Origin: an uncultured Clostridia bacterium
GTDB lineage: Bacteria; Bacillota; Clostridia; Christensenellales; CAG-917
Reading direction: 5' to 3'
Assembly: GCA_947305865.1 (NCBI GenBank)
Contig: CAMZEU010000003.1
Location: 1 to 58,855 of the forward strand
Length of the DNA stretch: 58,855 nucleotides
Part shown: positions 54,759 to 58,855 of the stretch, one piece after another
Position numbering within the stretch: the stretch's first letter is position 1
Layout of the letters: the number at the start of each line of letters is the position of its first letter
Position numbers and translations under genes: made by a program
The notes under the pieces: model-generated
Seen by the model: the letters and a program-made list of their open reading frames with translations, nothing else
Told to the model about the DNA's origin: nothing
Databases searched by the model: none

Positions 54759-55169
54759 ATGAAGAAATTTTTACCGGTATTAGTAATCATTTTAGTATTA
54801 TTAGTATGCTTATGTGCTTGCAACAAGCAAGAAGAAAAAGACGATACTATTTATCCTGTAGTTTTACAACCAACCAGTGAATATGTCGGACAATCATTGT
54901 TAAACTATATGACCGCCCAAAAGACAGCAAGTGAGCTAGATTTTACATCTTCTACTAGCGGTAGCTACACAATGATTACATCAATTAATGGAATTGAAAA
55001 CACAACCAATTCATATTGGATGCTTTATACAAGTGATGCTGCAAATGCAGATACATCATGGGGCACATATGAATATAATGGTGTTACATATGGTTCTGCT
55101 ACAAGCGGTGCCGAGACTTTAACAATTATAAGTAACGGAGTATATATTTGGGTATACACAACATTCTAA
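54759..55169 (+). CDS. DUF4430-like (transcobalamin beta-domain-like) lipoprotein, probable extracellular corrinoid-binding protein
   Basis: Lipobox LCAC|NKQEE. Pattern SGSYTMITSINGIEN...YWMLY...GAETLTIISNGVYIWVY. Sits downstream of the cobalamin riboswitch. Confidence 0.6.
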   Translation: MKKFLPVLVIILVLLVCLCACNKQEEKDDTIYPVVLQPTSEYVGQSLLNYMTAQKTASELDFTSSTSGSYTMITSINGIENTTNSYWMLYTSDAANADTSWGTYEYNGVTYGSATSGAETLTIISNGVYIWVYTTF

Positions 55170-55170
55170 A

Positions 55171-55701
55171 ATGTCTAAAGCAAGATTCGTAACCACAACA
55201 GCATTATTTACTGCCACTTTAATATGTGTGCAGTTGGTCCTATCTGGAGTAGGAGGCATAGAATTAGTAACTGTATTTTTTCTAGCCTTCTGCTTCTACA
55301 TGGGCATTAGGGCCGGCGTTGCTGTTGCAATATGTTTCTCGCTACTTAGATGTTTCTTGTTTGGTTTTTATCCATCTGTAATTATTCTATATTTAATATA
55401 CTATCCATTATTTGCACTATTCTTTGGATGGTTTGGCACTAAATTTGGGCACAAGATTACCAATGTTAAGTTCTTCTTTATTGTTTTATTTGCAGTAATC
55501 TTCACAGCATTCTTCTCAATGCTAGACTGTGCAATAACACCATTAATTTATGGATTCAATAATAGAACATGGCTGGCTTACTTCTATTCAAGCCTTCCAT
55601 TTATGGGAACTCAAATTGCTTGTGTTATTATTTCTGTAAGCATCTTGTTTATTCCTTTAGTTAAAGGTTTCGAAAAAATATCTCGCTATTCTCACACATA
55701 A
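55171..55701 (+). CDS. Small 5-6 TM membrane protein, ECF S-component-like (putative corrinoid-specific, CbrT-like)
   Basis: 176 aa and hydrophobic. Starts 1 nt after the upstream stop. In the riboswitch-controlled operon. Confidence 0.45.
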   Translation: MSKARFVTTTALFTATLICVQLVLSGVGGIELVTVFFLAFCFYMGIRAGVAVAICFSLLRCFLFGFYPSVIILYLIYYPLFALFFGWFGTKFGHKITNVKFFFIVLFAVIFTAFFSMLDCAITPLIYGFNNRTWLAYFYSSLPFMGTQIACVIISVSILFIPLVKGFEKISRYSHT

Positions 55702-55733
55702 TAAAAAACAGGATGTTTCCATCCTGCTTTGTT
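55702..55733. terminator. Bidirectional intrinsic terminator
   Basis: Stem CAGGATG-TTTC-CATCCTG (55709-55726) flanked by AAAAAA upstream and CTTTGTT downstream. Confidence 0.65.
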
Positions 55734-55751
55734 ATCTAACTATTACGGAAC

Positions 55752-56387
55752 TTATTGATTTCTTTCGTTAATCATAGACTTAACTTTCATAAGTCTTATT
55801 GTTGCGCTTCTTTCGTTTTCATCCAACTTCATTGTAATATACTTAATTGTTTCTTCAAGTTGTGGAATCATAACATACTCAAGTGCGTTAACTCTTCTTC
55901 TGTTCTTTTCAATTTCATCTGCAAGCATATTACATGTCTTCTCAATTTCTGCAAGCTTAAGTAACTTAACAAGCATTGTAGACATAGTAGCAATACTTTC
56001 ATCTAACTCTGAGCTAACAGATGCAAATGAATAAGGATATTTTTCAGTGGCATTACCACCAACGATTTCAAACTTAGGACAATCTACACTCATTACATTT
56101 TGAACACCAGTTGTAAGTTCAACCTTTGCAGCTGGCATAGCAATACTTTCTTCAATAACAGCATCACTTGTTACAGCTCTTGCTAACATGAAGGAAGAAA
56201 GTGCTCCTTGTAACTCCTTTTCAATCTCTTCTCTAAGCTTCTTATTCTCCTTGACATAAATAAGGAAACGACGAATCATTTCATCTGATTTGTCCTTCAA
56301 TAATTTGTGTCCACGAACAGCTGTTTTAAGACGAGTTCTTAATCGTCTTAATTCCATTCTCGTAGGATTAACATTCAATCTTGCCAT
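55752..56387 (-). CDS. ntpD: V-type ATP synthase subunit D
   Basis: MARLNVNPTRMELRRLRTRLKTAVRGHKLLKDK is the typical V/A-ATPase D N-terminus. Confidence 0.88.
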   Translation of the reverse strand: MARLNVNPTRMELRRLRTRLKTAVRGHKLLKDKSDEMIRRFLIYVKENKKLREEIEKELQGALSSFMLARAVTSDAVIEESIAMPAAKVELTTGVQNVMSVDCPKFEIVGGNATEKYPYSFASVSSELDESIATMSTMLVKLLKLAEIEKTCNMLADEIEKNRRRVNALEYVMIPQLEETIKYITMKLDENERSATIRLMKVKSMINERNQ

Positions 56388-56418
56388 AATAAAGTCCCGT
56401 TTTGTGCATTAACTGCAA

Positions 56419-57813
56419 TTATTCTTTATCTTCGTCTTCTACTTGTTTTGGATAGTATTTGTCTAAGAATTGGTCCTTAATTCTCTTTAATTCATTTCTA
56501 GGAATTAAGCCTAACAATTTCCAACCAAGGTCTAATGTTTCTTCAATAGATCTATTCTTTGTGAAGCCTTGAGATACATATTGTTGTTCGAACTCTTCAG
56601 CAAATTTAGCGAACTTCTTATCTAAGTCTGTTAAAGCAGATTCGCCTAAGATAGCGCTTAATTCTTTTGCTTCTTTACCTTGTGCATAAGCACTAAATAA
56701 TTGGTTCATTGTATCTGCATGATCTTCTCTTGTTTTGCCAACACCAATACCTTTATCCTTCAAACGGCTAAGAGATGGAAGAACATCAATAGGTGGTGTA
56801 ACACCTCTCTTATATAATGCTCTAGAAAGAATGATTTGTCCTTCTGTAATATATCCAGTAAGGTCTGGAATTGGGTGTGTCTTATCTTCTTCAGGCATTG
56901 TAAGAATTGGGATTTGAGTAATTGAACCTGGCTTGCCTTTAATTCTTCCTGCTCTTTCATACATTGTTGCAAGGTCTGTATAAAGGTAACCTGGATAACC
57001 TCTTCTTCCTGGAACTTCTTTTCTTGCTGCTGAAACTTCACGGAGAGCTTCTGCATAGTTTGTAATATCTGTTGTAATAACAAGAACATGCATTCCTTTC
57101 TCAAATGCTAAATACTCTGCAGCTGTTAAAGCCATACGAGGTGTTGCAACTCTTTCGATAGCTGGGTCATTTGCAAGGTTAATAAAGATAACTGTTCTTT
57201 CAATAGCACCAGTCTTTCTGAAATCTTGGATGAAGAAATCTGCTTCTTCGAATGTAATACCAACTGCTGCAAATACAACAGCGAACTTTTCTCCTTCTTT
57301 CAAAACTCTTGCTTGTCTTGCAATTTGTGCAGCTAAGTCTGCATGTGGTAAACCGGATGCTGAGAATACTGGCAACTTTTGTCCTCTAACCAAAGTATTA
57401 AGTCCATCAATTGCACTAACACCTGTTTGAATGAACTCGTTTGGATAGTCTCTTGAATATGGGTTAATTGGTTGGCCATTAATATCCATCTTCATATCTG
57501 GGATAATTGGTGCACCACCATCTCTTGGATGTCCCATACCATCAAATACTCTACCAAGCATTTCCTCAGAAACAGGAAGTTCAAGTGAGTGTCCTAAGAA
57601 TCTTGCTTTGGATGTTGCAATCTCTAAACCTTGAGATGGTTCATATAATTGAACTAATGCTTTGTCTCTATTGATTTCAAGAACCTTTCCATGTCTGATT
57701 TCGCCATTAGCTTGTCTAATTTCAACAAGTTCATCGTACTTAACGCCTTCAACACCTTCTACAAGCATCAAAGGTCCTACTATTTCTCTAATTGTATTAT
57801 ATTCTTTTAACAT
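56419..57813 (-). CDS. ntpB: V-type ATP synthase subunit B
   Basis: [28 protein letters not shown] and [15 protein letters not shown] motifs. Confidence 0.9.
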   Translation of the reverse strand: MLKEYNTIREIVGPLMLVEGVEGVKYDELVEIRQANGEIRHGKVLEINRDKALVQLYEPSQGLEIATSKARFLGHSLELPVSEEMLGRVFDGMGHPRDGGAPIIPDMKMDINGQPINPYSRDYPNEFIQTGVSAIDGLNTLVRGQKLPVFSASGLPHADLAAQIARQARVLKEGEKFAVVFAAVGITFEEADFFIQDFRKTGAIERTVIFINLANDPAIERVATPRMALTAAEYLAFEKGMHVLVITTDITNYAEALREVSAARKEVPGRRGYPGYLYTDLATMYERAGRIKGKPGSITQIPILTMPEEDKTHPIPDLTGYITEGQIILSRALYKRGVTPPIDVLPSLSRLKDKGIGVGKTREDHADTMNQLFSAYAQGKEAKELSAILGESALTDLDKKFAKFAEEFEQQYVSQGFTKNRSIEETLDLGWKLLGLIPRNELKRIKDQFLDKYYPKQVEDEDKE

Positions 57814-58855
57814 TAGATCTCTCCTTCGTTGGACAATGCAACCATTTCGCTCTTGATTTCTTTGAATATATCATCGAATTCAGCAATTTGATCCTCTGGA
57901 ATATATTTTGCTCTACCAATCTTTTCTCTTACTGGTAATTCAATGATGTCTTCTATATCTACGTTCTTGTCTAATTGCTCTCTTCCTCTTGCATCAAATT
58001 CAAGAATAAGTCTGAGCAATAATAATTGTTTCTTAAGTGAGGAATATGTATCTATCTCGTGGAAAGCATTTTGGTGCAAATAGTCTTCTCTTATAGACTT
58101 TGCTGTTTCCATTGTGAGACGGTCTTGTGCGCCTAGAGCGTCCATACCAACTAACTGGACAATTTCCTTGAGGGATGATTCTTCTTGCAATATACGCATT
58201 GCAGCGCCTCTACAAGCCATCCAATCGTCTCCTAGTTCATCTGAATACCATTCTGTCATCTTATCTGCATACAAAGAGTAACTTTGTAACCAGTCAATTG
58301 CTGGGAAGTGACGTTGATATGCAAGAGATGCAGAAAGTCCCCAGAATACCTTAACTATTCTAAGAGTTGCTTGTGATACTGGTTCAGAAAGGTCGCCACC
58401 TGGAGGCGAAACAGCACCAATTGCTGTAATGGAACCTTCAACACCATTTCCACCTAATACTTTAACTTGTCCGGCTCTTTCATAGAATTCTGCAAGTCTT
58501 GAACCAAGGTATGCAGGATATCCTTCTTCACCAGGCATTTCCTCTAATCTACCACTCATTTCACGAAGTGCTTCTGCCCAACGTGATGTACTATCTGCCA
58601 TAATAGCTACTGAATATCCCATATCTCTGAAATATTCTGCTATTGTAATTCCTGTGTAAATGGAAGCTTCTCTAGCTGCAACAGGCATATCTGAGGTATT
58701 AGCTATAAGAACTGTTCTCTTCATTAATGGCTTACCACTATGTGGGTCTATTAATTCTGGGAATTCGTTTAAAACGTCTGTCATCTCATTTCCACGTTCT
58801 CCACATCCAATATAGACAACGATTTGTGCATCTGCCCATTTTGCTAATTGGTGTT
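57813..58855 (-). CDS. ntpA: V-type ATP synthase catalytic subunit A, C-terminal part (5' end beyond the window)
   Basis: The frame stays open to the window end ([23 protein letters not shown]...). Motifs [10 protein letters not shown] and SPPGGD. TAATG overlap with ntpB. Confidence 0.88.
   Translation of the reverse strand, partial: HQLAKWADAQIVVYIGCGERGNEMTDVLNEFPELIDPHSGKPLMKRTVLIANTSDMPVAAREASIYTGITIAEYFRDMGYSVAIMADSTSRWAEALREMSGRLEEMPGEEGYPAYLGSRLAEFYERAGQVKVLGGNGVEGSITAIGAVSPPGGDLSEPVSQATLRIVKVFWGLSASLAYQRHFPAIDWLQSYSLYADKMTEWYSDELGDDWMACRGAAMRILQEESSLKEIVQLVGMDALGAQDRLTMETAKSIREDYLHQNAFHEIDTYSSLKKQLLLLRLILEFDARGREQLDKNVDIEDIIELPVREKIGRAKYIPEDQIAEFDDIFKEIKSEMVALSNEGEI

Noticed and set aside
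1-58855. CRISPR arrays, transposases/IS elements, integrases, prophage genes, tRNA/rRNA genes and known defense systems.
   Set aside because: I found no spaced direct-repeat arrays, no DDE/tyrosine/serine recombinase motifs and no cloverleaf-sized conserved intergenic segments. Every intergenic gap over 100 nt is accounted for by promoters, leaders or terminators.

Overview
This is a low-GC chromosomal window that reads in the standard genetic code and looks like a Firmicutes (Bacillota) genome. I infer that from gene content: WhiA, V-type ATPase, a split MetH, and many lipoproteins. I see about 55 protein genes and no rRNA, tRNA, CRISPR array, transposase, integrase or phage gene. Most of it is housekeeping. 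A roughly 21 kb co-directional minus-strand array carries rpmE, DUF1385-prmC, prfA, thrC, trpS, uvrC, whiA and dnaE. The window also holds pfkA, rRNA methyltransferases, queH, metF-metH and V-ATPase A/B/D (ntpA cut by the window end).

I could place one riboswitch with reasonable confidence, a short cobalamin aptamer at 54555-54651. It precedes a DUF4430 lipoprotein and an ECF-S-like membrane protein, and it is divergent from the B12-dependent methionine synthase operon.

I found no canonical defense or mobile system. The best candidates for undescribed biology are:
- A promoter-proximal leader with a clear terminator/antiterminator switch of unknown class. It controls a TM1266-like ACT protein plus a NitT/TauT-type ABC importer.
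- A YbbP-like duplicated-FtsX ABC transporter translationally coupled to a 632-aa lipoprotein.
- A DUF5685 gene, an HPD-less J-like/TPR protein with a Cys-rich tail, and a membrane protein.
- A 12-TM LuxR-type one-component regulator upstream of an 11-bp direct repeat and an envelope gene pair.
- A PAQR (hemolysin III) domain fused to a metal-exporter-like domain.
- Two paralogous M28 peptidases whose catalytic domain is interrupted by TM hairpins.
- A DUF1385-PrmC fusion.

All family assignments come from motif recognition by eye, not from database searches.
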